DNA of 64,000 nt, taken from positions 67,767-131,766 of the forward strand of contig CAVVSC010000010.1 of the NCBI GenBank assembly GCA_963750785.1, in the 5' to 3' direction. Shown here piece by piece: positions 9,819 to 20,228 of the stretch. How positions within the stretch are numbered: the stretch's first letter is position 1; every line of letters starts with the position of its first letter. Under the pieces are notes generated by a model. It did not search any database, had not been told where the DNA came from, and worked only from the letters and a program-made list of their open reading frames with translations. The stretch is from an uncultured beta proteobacterium. GTDB lineage: Bacteria; Pseudomonadota; Gammaproteobacteria; Burkholderiales; Burkholderiaceae_C. The translations under genes were made by a program, and so were the position numbers.

Positions 9819-11249
9819 TCAACGCCTCGGGCCGGACGAACCGCCGCGCGCAGGGCCGCCAGTGCCCGATGGCCGGCCGCCGCTGGGGCGGCCACCGCCG
9901 CCGCCACCGCTACCACCACCACCGGCACGGCGCGGTTCGCCTTGGCGTGCACCGCCGCCCCCGCCCGGGCGTCCACCCGGCCGACCGCCGCCGGGGCGGC
10001 CACCGCCACCGCCGCCACCGCCGCCACCACCGCGCCCGTTGCGCTGCGTGCCACCGACACCGATGGTCATGCGGCCCAGCACGATGGGCTCGGCCTTCTC
10101 GCTGGACGGCGGCTCGAAGCCGGGCACGGCTTCGCGCGGGATGCTGCGCTTGATGAGCCTTTCGATGTCCTTGAGGAAGATCTCCTCGTCCAGGCAGACC
10201 AGGCTGATGGCCTCGCCCTGCGCGCCGGCGCGGCCAGTACGGCCGATGCGGTGCACATAGTCTTCCGGCACATTGGGAAGCTCGAAGTTCACCACGTGCG
10301 GCAGCATGTCGATGTCGATGCCACGGGCCGCGATGTCGGTGGCCACCAGCACAGGCAGGTCACCGGTCTTGAACTCGGCCAACGCCTTGGTGCGCGCACC
10401 CTGGCTCTTGTTGCCGTGGATGGCCATGGCGCCGATGCCATGGTCGTTCAGGTATTCCGCCAGGCGGTTGGCGCCGTGCTTCATGCGCGTGAAGACCAGC
10501 ACCTGGTGCCAGTCGCCCGTCTTGATCAGGTGCGCCAGCAGTTCCTTCTTCTTCTCGCGGCCCACCGGGTGCATCTTCTGCGCAATGGTCTCGGCCGTCT
10601 GGTTGCGGCGCGCGACTTCAATGAGCGCGGGCTGGTTCAGCAGCTTGTCGGCCAGGGTCTTGATGTCGTCGCTGAATGTGGCGCTGAACAGCAGGCTCTG
10701 CTTCTTGGCCGGCAGCACGGCCAGGACCTTCTTGATGTCGTGGATGAAGCCCATGTCCAGCATGCGGTCGGCTTCGTCCAGCACGAAGATCTCCACGTGG
10801 CTCAGGTCCAGGGTGCGCTGCTGGTGGTGGTCCAGCAGGCGGCCCGGGGTGGCCACCAGGATGTCGACGCCCTTGCGCAGGCGGTCGATCTGCGGGCCCA
10901 TGCCCACGCCACCGAACATGACCATGCTGGTCAGCGGCAGGTACTTGCCGTAGGTGCGAACGCTTTCTTCCACCTGGGCGGCGAGCTCGCGTGTGGGTGT
11001 GAGGATCAGCGCCCGGATGGCGGTGCGGCCGCGGGCGTCCTTCTTGGTGGGCTGCGCCGCCAGGCGGTGCAGCATGGGCAGGGTGAAGCCAGCCGTCTTG
11101 CCGGTGCCGGTCTGGGCGCCTGCCAGGAGGTCGCCGCCCGCAAGGACGGCGGGAATGGCTTGCGCCTGGATGGGCGTGGGGGTGTCGTATCCCTGGTCGC
11201 GCACGGCGCGCAGGAGCGGCTCGGCCAAGCCGAGGTCAGTAAAAAGCAT
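9819..11249 (-). CDS. rhlE: DEAD-box RNA helicase RhlE with Gly/Arg-rich C-terminal tail
   Basis: Q motif, [21 protein letters not shown] and HRIGRTGR. Confidence 0.88.
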   Translation of the reverse strand: MLFTDLGLAEPLLRAVRDQGYDTPTPIQAQAIPAVLAGGDLLAGAQTGTGKTAGFTLPMLHRLAAQPTKKDARGRTAIRALILTPTRELAAQVEESVRTYGKYLPLTSMVMFGGVGMGPQIDRLRKGVDILVATPGRLLDHHQQRTLDLSHVEIFVLDEADRMLDMGFIHDIKKVLAVLPAKKQSLLFSATFSDDIKTLADKLLNQPALIEVARRNQTAETIAQKMHPVGREKKKELLAHLIKTGDWHQVLVFTRMKHGANRLAEYLNDHGIGAMAIHGNKSQGARTKALAEFKTGDLPVLVATDIAARGIDIDMLPHVVNFELPNVPEDYVHRIGRTGRAGAQGEAISLVCLDEEIFLKDIERLIKRSIPREAVPGFEPPSSEKAEPIVLGRMTIGVGGTQRNGRGGGGGGGGGGGRPGGGRPGGRPGGGGGARQGEPRRAGGGGSGGGGGGRPSGGRPSGTGGPARGGSSGPRR

Positions 11250-11471
11250 GGGATGGGGCCCGCATGGGGCCTTGGTCGCAGCCTGCTGTCACCCGTTGCG
11301 GGTGCACCAGTCGGGTAGGCGCGGGGTAAGGATCGTCGGAATCGACAGCGCCGCGATGACTGGATGCCACAGCGCTGGGACGGATTCTAGGTGAATACAC
11401 GGACACGTGCCGACGAACAGCTCCAGTCCGGCCCGATAATCCTTGGTTTTGCCTCGGAACCTGCACCTGCC

Positions 11472-13136
11472 ATGGCCCAGTACGTCTTTACCATGAACCG
11501 CGTCGGCAAGATCGTGCCGCCGAAGCGTCAGATCCTGAAGGGCGTCAGCCTGTCCTTCTTCCCGGGCGCCAAGATCGGGGTGCTGGGCATCAACGGCAGC
11601 GGCAAGAGCACCCTGCTGAAGATCATGGCCGGCATCGACAAGGAATACGAAGGCGAAGCCGTGCCCATGCCGGGCCTGAAGATCGGATACCTGCCGCAGG
11701 AACCACAGCTCGACCCCGAGCAGACCGTGCGCGAAGCCGTGGAGCAAGGCATTGGCGGCGTGCTGGCCGCCAAGAAGCGCCTGGACGAGGTCTACGCGGA
11801 ATACGCCGAAGAGAACGCCGACTTCGACAAGCTGGCGGCTGAGCAGGCCGAGCTGGAAGCCATCATCGCCGCCGCCGGCAGCGAGAACACCGACTTGCAG
11901 CTGGAACTGGCCGCCGACGCGCTGCGCCTGTCGCCCTGGGACGCCAAGATCGGCAACCTGTCTGGCGGTGAGAAGCGCCGTGTCGCCCTGTGCCGCCTGC
12001 TGCTGAGCAAGCCGGACATGCTGCTGCTGGACGAACCCACCAACCACTTGGACGCTGAAAGCGTGGAGTGGCTCGAACACTTCCTGCAGCGTTTCCCGGG
12101 CACCGTGGTGGCCATCACCCACGACCGCTACTTCCTGGACAACGCGGCCGAATGGATCCTGGAACTGGACCGCGGCCAGGGCATCCCCTGGAAGGGCAAC
12201 TACTCCGACTGGCTGGAACAGAAGGAAAAACGCCTGGAAGTGGAGCAGAAGAAGGAAGACGCCCACACCAAGGCGATGAAGGAAGAACTCAAGTGGGTTC
12301 GCTCCAACGCCAAGGCGCGCCAGACCAAGAGCAAAGCGCGACTGGCCCGCTTCGAGGAACTCAGCGACGTGGAGTACCAGCGTCGCAACGAAACAAACGA
12401 GATCTTCATTCCCGTGGCCGAACGCCTGGGCAACGAGGTCATCGAGTTCAAGGGCGTCAGCAAGAGCTTTGGCGACCGGCTGCTCATCGACAACCTCAGC
12501 TTCAAGGTCCCGGCCGGTGCCATCGTTGGCATCATCGGCCCCAACGGCGCGGGCAAGTCGACGCTGTTCCGCATGCTGCAGGGCGTTGAAAAGCCGGACG
12601 GCGGCGAAGTCCTCATCGGCAAGACCGCCAGGCCTACGTTCGTGGACCAGAGCCGTGCCAGCCTGGCCGGTGACAAGACCGTATGGGAAGACGTGTCCGG
12701 CGGCCTGGACAACATCGTCGTCGGCCAGTTCGTGATGCCCAGCCGTGCGTACCTGGGCCGTTTCAACTTCAAGGGCAACGACCAGCAGAAGCTGGTGGGC
12801 AACTTGTCCGGCGGTGAACGCGGCCGCCTGCACCTGGCCAAGACCTTGGCCCTGGGCGGCAACGTGCTGATGCTGGACGAACCGTCCAACGACCTGGACG
12901 TGGAAACCCTGCGCGCGCTGGAAGAAGCGCTTCTGGAATTTGCCGGCAGTGCCATGGTCATCAGCCACGACCGCTGGTTCCTGGACCGCATCTGCACCCA
13001 CATCCTGGCGGCCGAAGGCGACAGCCAGTGGGTCTTCTTCCCCGGCAACTACCAGGAATACGAAGCCGACAAGGTCAGACGCCTGGGCGAGGAAGGCGCG
13101 CGCCCCAAGCGCATGCGCTTCAAACCCATCCGCTGA
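11472..13136 (+). CDS. ettA: Energy-dependent translational throttle A (ABC-F)
   Basis: Start MAQYVFTMNRVGKIVPPKRQIL; two ABC domains with LSGGE; GNYSDWLEQK linker. Confidence 0.95.
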   Translation: MAQYVFTMNRVGKIVPPKRQILKGVSLSFFPGAKIGVLGINGSGKSTLLKIMAGIDKEYEGEAVPMPGLKIGYLPQEPQLDPEQTVREAVEQGIGGVLAAKKRLDEVYAEYAEENADFDKLAAEQAELEAIIAAAGSENTDLQLELAADALRLSPWDAKIGNLSGGEKRRVALCRLLLSKPDMLLLDEPTNHLDAESVEWLEHFLQRFPGTVVAITHDRYFLDNAAEWILELDRGQGIPWKGNYSDWLEQKEKRLEVEQKKEDAHTKAMKEELKWVRSNAKARQTKSKARLARFEELSDVEYQRRNETNEIFIPVAERLGNEVIEFKGVSKSFGDRLLIDNLSFKVPAGAIVGIIGPNGAGKSTLFRMLQGVEKPDGGEVLIGKTARPTFVDQSRASLAGDKTVWEDVSGGLDNIVVGQFVMPSRAYLGRFNFKGNDQQKLVGNLSGGERGRLHLAKTLALGGNVLMLDEPSNDLDVETLRALEEALLEFAGSAMVISHDRWFLDRICTHILAAEGDSQWVFFPGNYQEYEADKVRRLGEEGARPKRMRFKPIR

Positions 13137-13190
13137 ACCTCGGCGCCTTCAAAGGGCGCAGCTTGAACCGGTCCAAGGTTCGCGACCCAT

Positions 13191-13214
13191 GGCGGCTTCG
13201 GCCGCCTCTTTCTT
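13191..13214 (+). terminator. Rho-independent terminator after ettA
   Basis: GGCGGC-TTCG-GCCGCC followed by TCTTTCTT. Confidence 0.75.
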
Positions 13215-13428
13215 GGCAATTCCGGCGGCGCAAGCGGCTGATGAGCTCCCCTTCGACCCGAGTCCGACCTGGAGGACCGGCTTGCGTCCGCAGCACATGG
13301 CCCCGCATTGAAGCCGCCCATTGAAGCCCTGAGGGCGAGCAGGACGGCACCAATTGGTCCAAGCAGGCTCCGCTGCCTTGGCGCAGAATGGTTCGGCATT
13401 TCCCTGCCGCTTCCTGCAACTGACCGCC

Positions 13429-16335
13429 ATGCCCCAGACCCTTGCCTTGCGCACCTTGACGTCCCTGGCGTCCCTCCTGGCCGGCACGGGACTGCTGGCG
13501 GCTTGCAGCCAGTTGCCCCAATCCGATCAGAAGGCCAACAAAGCGCCAGAGAGCCCGCTCAAGGTGGTCTCCGCCGCGCCGCCGGCTACGCCCAGTGCCC
13601 AACCGCGTCCGCCGACACCATCACCCATGCCGGGCATTGCTCCCACGCCAACGCCTGGCGCCAGCGGCTTGTTCCCTGGACTGCCCAGCACTGCAACATC
13701 TGCCGCCAAACCACCCGGCCCGCCGCCATTTGCCACGGTGATCCGCGAGGCACGCCGCATCGAAGGTCCGCTCACGCTTTGGCAGAAGGACGACAAGGTC
13801 TGGCTGGAGATCATGCCCTCGCAGTTCGGCAAGCCTTTCCTGCTGTCGCCGAAAATCAAGAACGGCATCGGCGAAGCCTTCATCCTCGGCGGCCTGATGG
13901 CCTACCCGGTGAATGGAGCGGGTGGCCAGCAGGTGGTGGAGTTCGTGCGCGTGCACAACCAGGTGCGTCTGCAGGCGCGCAACACCGACATCACCGTCAA
14001 GGCTGGCACGCCCGAAGCCCGGGCCGTTGAAGCGTCCTACAGCAACAGCCTGCTGGCCTCCACGCCCGTGGTCAGCCTGCCTCACCCGGACCGCAAGAGC
14101 GTGCTGGTGGAAGCCAACAGCATCTTCTTCAACGACATCGTGGGCATCGGCATGATGCTGCAGCGGGGCTTGCGCCAGGGCTATGGCCTGGACCGCGGCA
14201 ACACCGTGTTCACGGACATCCGCGGCACTGATGTGTCGACGGAAATCGTGGTCCAGCAGCACTTCTTCACTCCCGGCATTGCCGTGCCGGGATTTGTGTG
14301 GCCGGGCATGCCCACGCCGGGGCAGCCCCGCTACCTGCCCGACAGCCGCAGCATGCTCATCAGCGTGCACTACTCGCTGGCCCCGCTGCCCGACACACCC
14401 ATGCCCACACGGGTGGCCGATCCGCGCGTCGGTCTGTTCACGACCACGGTTCTGGACTTCAGCAACGACCTGCCGGCCACGCCGCGCACGCGCTTCGTCA
14501 ACCGCTGGCGACTGGAGAAGAAGGACCCGGCGGCACCCTTGTCCGACCCGGTCAAACCGATCACTTTCTGGATCGACCGCAACGTCCCCACGACCTACCG
14601 TGAGGCGGTTCGGGGCGGCATCCTGGAGTGGAATCACGCCTTCGAGAAGATCGGCATCAGCAATGCCATCAAGGTGGAACAGCAAGCCGACAACGCCAAG
14701 TTCGACACCCTGGACTTCGGCACCGCCAGCGTGCGCTGGATGATGAATGCCGAGCCCAGCTTTGGCGCCATCGGCCCGAGCCATGTGGATCCGCGCACCG
14801 GAGAGATCCTGGACGCCGACATCGCCTTCGAAGGCATGTCTGCACGCAGCATCCGGTCGCTGCGCGCTCAGGTGCTGCGGCCGCAGGCCAGCGTGTCCTT
14901 GGGCGCGGAAAGCGGCGCGGTGCCGCTGAGTTTTGCCCAGCCGCTGCAGTTGCCGCAGACCGGTGAGATGCCGCCCGAGTGGGCACGCTGCATGCACGGC
15001 ACGCTGGCCGCAGAACAACTGGGCTACGCGCTGGACGTGCTGGAAGCCCAGGGCGAAATGGAACCAGACGGCCCCGTGGCGCGGCAATTCGTCCAGGACT
15101 ACGTCAAGGAAGCCATCATGCACGAGGTGGGGCACGCCCTGGGCCTGCGCCACAACTTCCGCGCGTCGCGCGCCTACACCGAAGCGCAACTGGCGGACAC
15201 CGAATTCACACGTGCCAATGGCGTCGCCGGCTCGATCATGGAATACAGCCCGGTGAACTTGCCGCGGCCGGGCCAGCCTGGGGGCGTGCCCTTCCAGACT
15301 GCGCTGGGACCCTACGACTACTGGGCCGTGGAGTACGCCTACCGACCCATGGCGCCCGGCACCAAGCCCGACGCCGAGCGGGCAGAACTGCAGAAGATCG
15401 CCGCGCGCAGCAACGAACCGCAACTGGCCTTTGGCACCGACGAGGACATCTTCGCCGGCGTGGACCCGGAGACCATCCAGATGGACCTGGGCTCCGACCC
15501 GCTGGCCTTTGCCAGCAAGCGTCTGGACATCGCCCGCGACCTGTTCCGCCGCCAGGAAACACGTGAACTGCCGCCCGACCGCGACTACGCCGTGCTGCGC
15601 CGGTCCATAGCCTACGCGATTAACGACACCACGCGCGCCATTGGCGTTTTGGCGCGGCAGATCGGTGGCACGCGCACGCTGCGTGACTATCCGGGCAGTG
15701 GCCGCGACCCCATGGCGCCGGTGCCCGCGGGCATCCAGCGCCAGGCCCTGGACCTGATGTCCAGGAGCGTGCTGTCACCTGAAGGCCTGACCCTGTCGCC
15801 GGCCCTGCAGCGCCGCCTGGCGCCGGACTTCCTGGACCGTGCCGAAGGCGCGGCAGCCACCGAATTCAATGTGCAGCAGCGCCTGCTGGACCTGCAGCGT
15901 GCGGTGCTGGCCTACCTGATGAGCGACGTCATCGCCTCGCGCGTGCTGGACAGCGCAGCCAGGGTGGACAAGGGTGGTGACAGCTTCCAGTTGAGCGAGA
16001 TGCTGCAGCGCTTGACCAAGGACCTGTGGGGCGAGTTGGATGCCAAGCCGGCCCATACCGCGGGCTCCGGCAACAGCATACCCAGCGCACGCCGTGACCT
16101 GCAGCGGGACCACGTCAACCGCCTGTCGATCGCCGTGGTCCGGCCCACCTACACCGGACGCGCCGATGTGCGAGGCAGCATGCGGGAACAGGCCCGCGCC
16201 CTGCTGGTCAAGCTGGACGCACAAGCCAAGGCCAAGCGCAACAACTGGGACCGCGAGACCCAGGCCCACCTGGCCGATTGCGCCGACACCTTGCGCCAGT
16301 CGCTGTCGGCGACCATCCAGCGCCAGGCGCTGTAG
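13429..16335 (+). CDS. Zinc-dependent metalloprotease lipoprotein (EcxA-like metzincin with DUF5117/DUF5118-type N-terminal domains)
   Basis: Lipobox LLAAC; Pro-rich linker; HEVGHALGLRHNF zinc motif; SIMEY Met-turn. Confidence 0.85.
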   Translation: MPQTLALRTLTSLASLLAGTGLLAACSQLPQSDQKANKAPESPLKVVSAAPPATPSAQPRPPTPSPMPGIAPTPTPGASGLFPGLPSTATSAAKPPGPPPFATVIREARRIEGPLTLWQKDDKVWLEIMPSQFGKPFLLSPKIKNGIGEAFILGGLMAYPVNGAGGQQVVEFVRVHNQVRLQARNTDITVKAGTPEARAVEASYSNSLLASTPVVSLPHPDRKSVLVEANSIFFNDIVGIGMMLQRGLRQGYGLDRGNTVFTDIRGTDVSTEIVVQQHFFTPGIAVPGFVWPGMPTPGQPRYLPDSRSMLISVHYSLAPLPDTPMPTRVADPRVGLFTTTVLDFSNDLPATPRTRFVNRWRLEKKDPAAPLSDPVKPITFWIDRNVPTTYREAVRGGILEWNHAFEKIGISNAIKVEQQADNAKFDTLDFGTASVRWMMNAEPSFGAIGPSHVDPRTGEILDADIAFEGMSARSIRSLRAQVLRPQASVSLGAESGAVPLSFAQPLQLPQTGEMPPEWARCMHGTLAAEQLGYALDVLEAQGEMEPDGPVARQFVQDYVKEAIMHEVGHALGLRHNFRASRAYTEAQLADTEFTRANGVAGSIMEYSPVNLPRPGQPGGVPFQTALGPYDYWAVEYAYRPMAPGTKPDAERAELQKIAARSNEPQLAFGTDEDIFAGVDPETIQMDLGSDPLAFASKRLDIARDLFRRQETRELPPDRDYAVLRRSIAYAINDTTRAIGVLARQIGGTRTLRDYPGSGRDPMAPVPAGIQRQALDLMSRSVLSPEGLTLSPALQRRLAPDFLDRAEGAAATEFNVQQRLLDLQRAVLAYLMSDVIASRVLDSAARVDKGGDSFQLSEMLQRLTKDLWGELDAKPAHTAGSGNSIPSARRDLQRDHVNRLSIAVVRPTYTGRADVRGSMREQARALLVKLDAQAKAKRNNWDRETQAHLADCADTLRQSLSATIQRQAL

Positions 16336-16441
16336 ACCGCCAGGGCGGCGAGCACCGCAGAGCCGTCGCCCGGCCCCCGCATTCCGTCATTCGTCCTCCC
16401 GGCCCTTGGGTGGTGAGCCGGTGCGGACTATCGTGCAGGGC

Positions 16442-17518
16442 ATGGAATCTCCGGAACCCGGCCTCACGCCACTCAAGCGCCTGCTGCGATCGCTGAACAC
16501 AGGCAGCCTGGGGGTCACGATCGGGTTCGCCTTCACGGCCGCACTGATGCTGAGCCCCATCTTCGAGGTCTCGTTCGGCGTGCTGCTTGGCCGCACGCTG
16601 TTCGTGGCGCTGCTGCTGCTGCTGGTCTTCACGGTGTCACAACGCTGGCCGGCTGGCCCGTTGCCTGTCTGGCTGCCACGTTGGCTCTTCAGCTTGATCG
16701 CGGTGTCCCTGGCGGCACCGCTGGGCACCTTCCTGGTGTACCTGGTCGCAGTGGGCGGCCGGCCGCAGGCCTTCTTCAGCAGCGGACCGCGCCTGACCGG
16801 CTTTTTCGTCATCACCATCACAGCGCTGCTGCTCGGCCTGCTGATCGCGTTGACGGCGCAGCTGCGTGAACGCGAGGCGCGCTCGCGCGCGCTGGAGTTG
16901 CAGGTGCAGTTGCAGCAAAGCCGGCTGGAAAAGCAATCCGTGGATGCGCAGCTGAGCCTGCTTCAGGCGCAGATCGAGCCGCATTTCCTGTTCAACACAC
17001 TGGCCAATGTGCAGGCGCTGGTGGAGACGAACTCGCCCCGAGCCGCACCCGTGCTGCGCAGCCTGCAGGCCTACCTGCGTGCGGCCATGCCCAGGCTGCA
17101 CCGAGGCCGGTCCACCCTGGGCGACGAATTGGGCCTGGTGCGCGCCTACCTGGAACTGATGCAGATGCGCATGCCGGACCGGCTGCAGTTCAGCCTGAAC
17201 ATGGACCCAGCGCTCCTGGGCGCTGACTTCCCCGCGATGGCCATGCTGACGCTGGTGGAAAACGCCGTTCGCCATGGCATCGACCCCAGCGAAAGCGGCG
17301 GCCAGATCAGCGTGGGCGGCAGCGTGGAAGGGCCCGGTGCGCTTCTGTGGGTCCAGGACAGCGGGGTGGGTCTGTCGGACACGACCGAGCCTGGTACGGG
17401 CCTGCGCAACCTGCGTACGCGCCTGGAGGCCTTCTTCGGCGCGGATGCGCGCCTGGACCTGCTGGAGACCCAGCCGCACGGCCTGCGTGCGGAGATCCGG
17501 CTGCCCAGCCTGAAGTGA
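16442..17518 (+). CDS. LytS/YehU-type sensor histidine kinase
   Basis: 4 TM segments; LQAQIEPHFLFNTL; TLVENAVRHG; GTGLRNL. Confidence 0.9.
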   Translation: MESPEPGLTPLKRLLRSLNTGSLGVTIGFAFTAALMLSPIFEVSFGVLLGRTLFVALLLLLVFTVSQRWPAGPLPVWLPRWLFSLIAVSLAAPLGTFLVYLVAVGGRPQAFFSSGPRLTGFFVITITALLLGLLIALTAQLREREARSRALELQVQLQQSRLEKQSVDAQLSLLQAQIEPHFLFNTLANVQALVETNSPRAAPVLRSLQAYLRAAMPRLHRGRSTLGDELGLVRAYLELMQMRMPDRLQFSLNMDPALLGADFPAMAMLTLVENAVRHGIDPSESGGQISVGGSVEGPGALLWVQDSGVGLSDTTEPGTGLRNLRTRLEAFFGADARLDLLETQPHGLRAEIRLPSLK

Positions 17519-17522
17519 CACC

Positions 17523-18278
17523 ATGCCCTCAACTGCCTTGATCGCCGACGACGAACCCCTGCTGCGCGAGCATCTGCAGCGCCACCTGGCGCTGCTCTGG
17601 CCCGAATTGCAAGTGGTGGCCCTGGCACGCAACGGCCGCGAAGCCATCGAGCTCTTCGACGAACACGCGCCCGCCATCGCCTTCCTGGACGTGCACATGC
17701 CCGGCCTCAACGGCGTGGAGGTGGCGCGCGCCATTGCTGGCCGGGCCCGCTTGGTCTTCGTCACTGCCTACGACCAGTACGCCGTGCAGGCCTTTGAAGC
17801 AGGCGCGGTGGACTATCTGGTCAAGCCTTTGGACGCCGATCGCCTGGCACTCACGGTGCAGCGACTGCGTCAACCCGCCTCGGCCGAGGCGGGCATGGGA
17901 CCGTTGCTGGATGCCCTCTCGCAGCACCTGCGACAGCAGGCGCCGGCGCGACAGCACCTGCAGTGGATCCGCGCATCAGTCGGGCAGAGCGTGCGGCTGA
18001 TCCCGGTGGAGGAAATCGTCTACCTGCGCAGCGACGAGAAGTACACGCTGGTGGCATGGCCCGGTGGCGAAGCGCTCATTCGCAAGACCATCCGGGAACT
18101 GGCCGATGAGCTGGACCCGGACCGCTTTGTCCAGATCCACCGCTCCGTGATCGTGGCCCTGCCCCACATTTCTCACGTGACGCGCGGCGCCAACGAAACG
18201 GCCGACGTGCATCTGCGGGGACGCAAGGAAGTGCTGCCCGTGAGCCGCAGCTTCGCCCACCTGTTCCGGCAGATGTGA
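17523..18278 (+). CDS. LytTR-family response regulator
   Basis: REC domain (ADDE, FLDVHMPG, FVTAYD, YLVKP) plus LytTR domain (FVQIHRS, LPVSRS). Confidence 0.92.
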   Translation: MPSTALIADDEPLLREHLQRHLALLWPELQVVALARNGREAIELFDEHAPAIAFLDVHMPGLNGVEVARAIAGRARLVFVTAYDQYAVQAFEAGAVDYLVKPLDADRLALTVQRLRQPASAEAGMGPLLDALSQHLRQQAPARQHLQWIRASVGQSVRLIPVEEIVYLRSDEKYTLVAWPGGEALIRKTIRELADELDPDRFVQIHRSVIVALPHISHVTRGANETADVHLRGRKEVLPVSRSFAHLFRQM

Positions 18279-18384
18279 AGCCAGGCCGCGGCCTGCGCCG
18301 ACCCGACGTCGCCAAGGCGACACGGCCCGTGCCTCTGGCGCGCTGCTTATGATCCGCGCCGACTCAACCCCACAGGAAACGACC

Positions 18385-19362
18385 ATGCACGCCTGGCTCT
18401 GCGAAACCCTGGACGGCGTCAATGCACTGCAATGGCGCGAATTGCCGACGCCCGAGCCCAAGCCGGGCGAGGTGCGCATCGCCGTCAAGGCTGCCAGCCT
18501 GAACTTTCCCGATCTGCTGATCGTGGAAGGCAAGTACCAGTTCAAGCCGCCGCTGCCTTTCGTGCCTGGCGCCGAATTCGCCGGCACCATCGACGCGGTG
18601 GGTGAAGGCGTCAAGGGCCTGAAGGTCGGCATGCCGGTGGCCGCCATTGCGGGCACTGGTGGCTTTGGTACCCACGCCTGTGTGGACGCCACGCGCGTCA
18701 TCCCGCTGCCCCCGGGCTTCGCGGTGGAAGACGGCGCCGCGTTTGCCTTCACCTATGGCACCAGCCACCATGCCCTGATGGACCGCGCGCAGCTGAAGGC
18801 TGGCGAAACCGTGCTGGTGCTGGGCGCCGCGGGCGGCGTCGGCTCGGCAGCACTGCAGATCGCCAAGGCCGCAGGCGCACGGGTGATCGCAGCGGCATCC
18901 ACCGACGAGAAATGCGCGCTGTGCAAGCAGTTGGGGGCGGACGAAACGCTCAACTACGGCACCCAGGATGTGCGCGAGACGCTCAAGTCGCTGACGGGCG
19001 GCAAGGGCCCGGATGTGGTGTACGACCCCGTGGGGGGAGCGCTCGCGGAACCCGTGTTCCGCTCCATCGCCTGGCGCGGCCGCTACCTGGTCATCGGCTT
19101 TGCCGGCGGCGGCATCCCGGCCCTGCCCTGGAACCTGGCATTGCTCAAGGGCGCATCCGTTGTGGGCGTGTTCTGGGGCGACTTCGTCAAACGCGAGCCC
19201 CAAGCCAGTGCTGCCGCCATGGGGCAGCTGGCGCAGTGGTACGCGCAAGGGAAGATCAAGCCCGTACTGGACCGTCCACTGCCCATGAGCGAGATCCGCC
19301 AGGCCTACCAGCGCATGTCGTCCCGCCAGGTGCTGGGCAAGCTGCTGCTCCTCAACCCGTAA
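18385..19362 (+). CDS. NADPH:quinone oxidoreductase (zeta-crystallin/MDR family)
   Basis: SLNFPDLL, PGAEFAG, LVLGAAGGVG and GKLLL. Confidence 0.9.
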   Translation: MHAWLCETLDGVNALQWRELPTPEPKPGEVRIAVKAASLNFPDLLIVEGKYQFKPPLPFVPGAEFAGTIDAVGEGVKGLKVGMPVAAIAGTGGFGTHACVDATRVIPLPPGFAVEDGAAFAFTYGTSHHALMDRAQLKAGETVLVLGAAGGVGSAALQIAKAAGARVIAAASTDEKCALCKQLGADETLNYGTQDVRETLKSLTGGKGPDVVYDPVGGALAEPVFRSIAWRGRYLVIGFAGGGIPALPWNLALLKGASVVGVFWGDFVKREPQASAAAMGQLAQWYAQGKIKPVLDRPLPMSEIRQAYQRMSSRQVLGKLLLLNP

Positions 19363-19452
19363 CGGGCTGCAGCAATCGCCTTCGGCATTTCCGGGCGTAC
19401 CCACCCGGATACGCGCTAGCATCCCGCTCTCTCGTTGAAGGAGAGCCCGCCC

Positions 19453-20187
19453 GTGGCCGTCAAGGTACTGATCCTCGAAGACAACCCGGTTGCACGCAGC
19501 TTTCTCTGCCGCGTGGTGCGCGAGAGCTTCAGCGATGCCATCACCATCACCGAAGCCGGCGACCTGGAATCGGCGCGCAAGCAGATCTCGCTGACCGGCG
19601 GCTCCCAGGGCCTCCATGGCACAGACCCCTTCAAGCTGATCCTGGTTGACCTGGAACTGCCCGACGGCAATGGCATGGAACTGCTGGCCGAACTGGGACA
19701 GTACCCGGCCACCAAGATCGTCACGACACTCTATTCCGACGACGACCACCTCTTCCCGGCGCTGCAATGTGGCGCCGACGGCTACCTGCTGAAGGAAGAC
19801 CGCTTTGAGGTGCTGGTGGAAGAGTTGCAGAAGATCGTTCGCGGCCAGCCGCCCTTGTCACCGGCCATCGCACGACGCCTGCTCACGCATTTCCGCCTGG
19901 GCGGAAGCCCTGACCTGCACCCGGCCGATTCCGGTTTCACGCCACCGGCCTTCAGCACGAGCAAGCCGGTGCCGATTGAAAAACAGCCCGACCATGAACG
20001 GCTGACCCCGCGCGAGACCGAAGTGCTCACCTACCTGAGCAAGGGCTTCACGATCAAGGAAATCGCCAGCCTGATGGGCATCAAGTGGTTCACGGTCAAC
20101 GACCACATCAAGTCCATCTACAAGAAGCTGAATGTCTCCAGCCGCGCGGAAGCGGCCGTGCTGGCCAGCAAACAAGGCCTGGTCTGA
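19453..20187 (+). CDS. NarL/LuxR-family response regulator
   Basis: REC domain (LEDN, VDLELPDG, GYLLKE) plus LTPRETEVL...TVNDHIKSIYKKL HTH. Confidence 0.92.
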   Translation: MAVKVLILEDNPVARSFLCRVVRESFSDAITITEAGDLESARKQISLTGGSQGLHGTDPFKLILVDLELPDGNGMELLAELGQYPATKIVTTLYSDDDHLFPALQCGADGYLLKEDRFEVLVEELQKIVRGQPPLSPAIARRLLTHFRLGGSPDLHPADSGFTPPAFSTSKPVPIEKQPDHERLTPRETEVLTYLSKGFTIKEIASLMGIKWFTVNDHIKSIYKKLNVSSRAEAAVLASKQGLV

Positions 20188-20228
20188 GACCGCCGGGGTG
20201 CCCGCCCGGCTGAGCCCCTGAAATCCTG

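Noticed and set aside
13238-13270. Hammerhead ribozyme core (CTGATGAG)
   Set aside because: No downstream GAAA or stem II/III arrangement.
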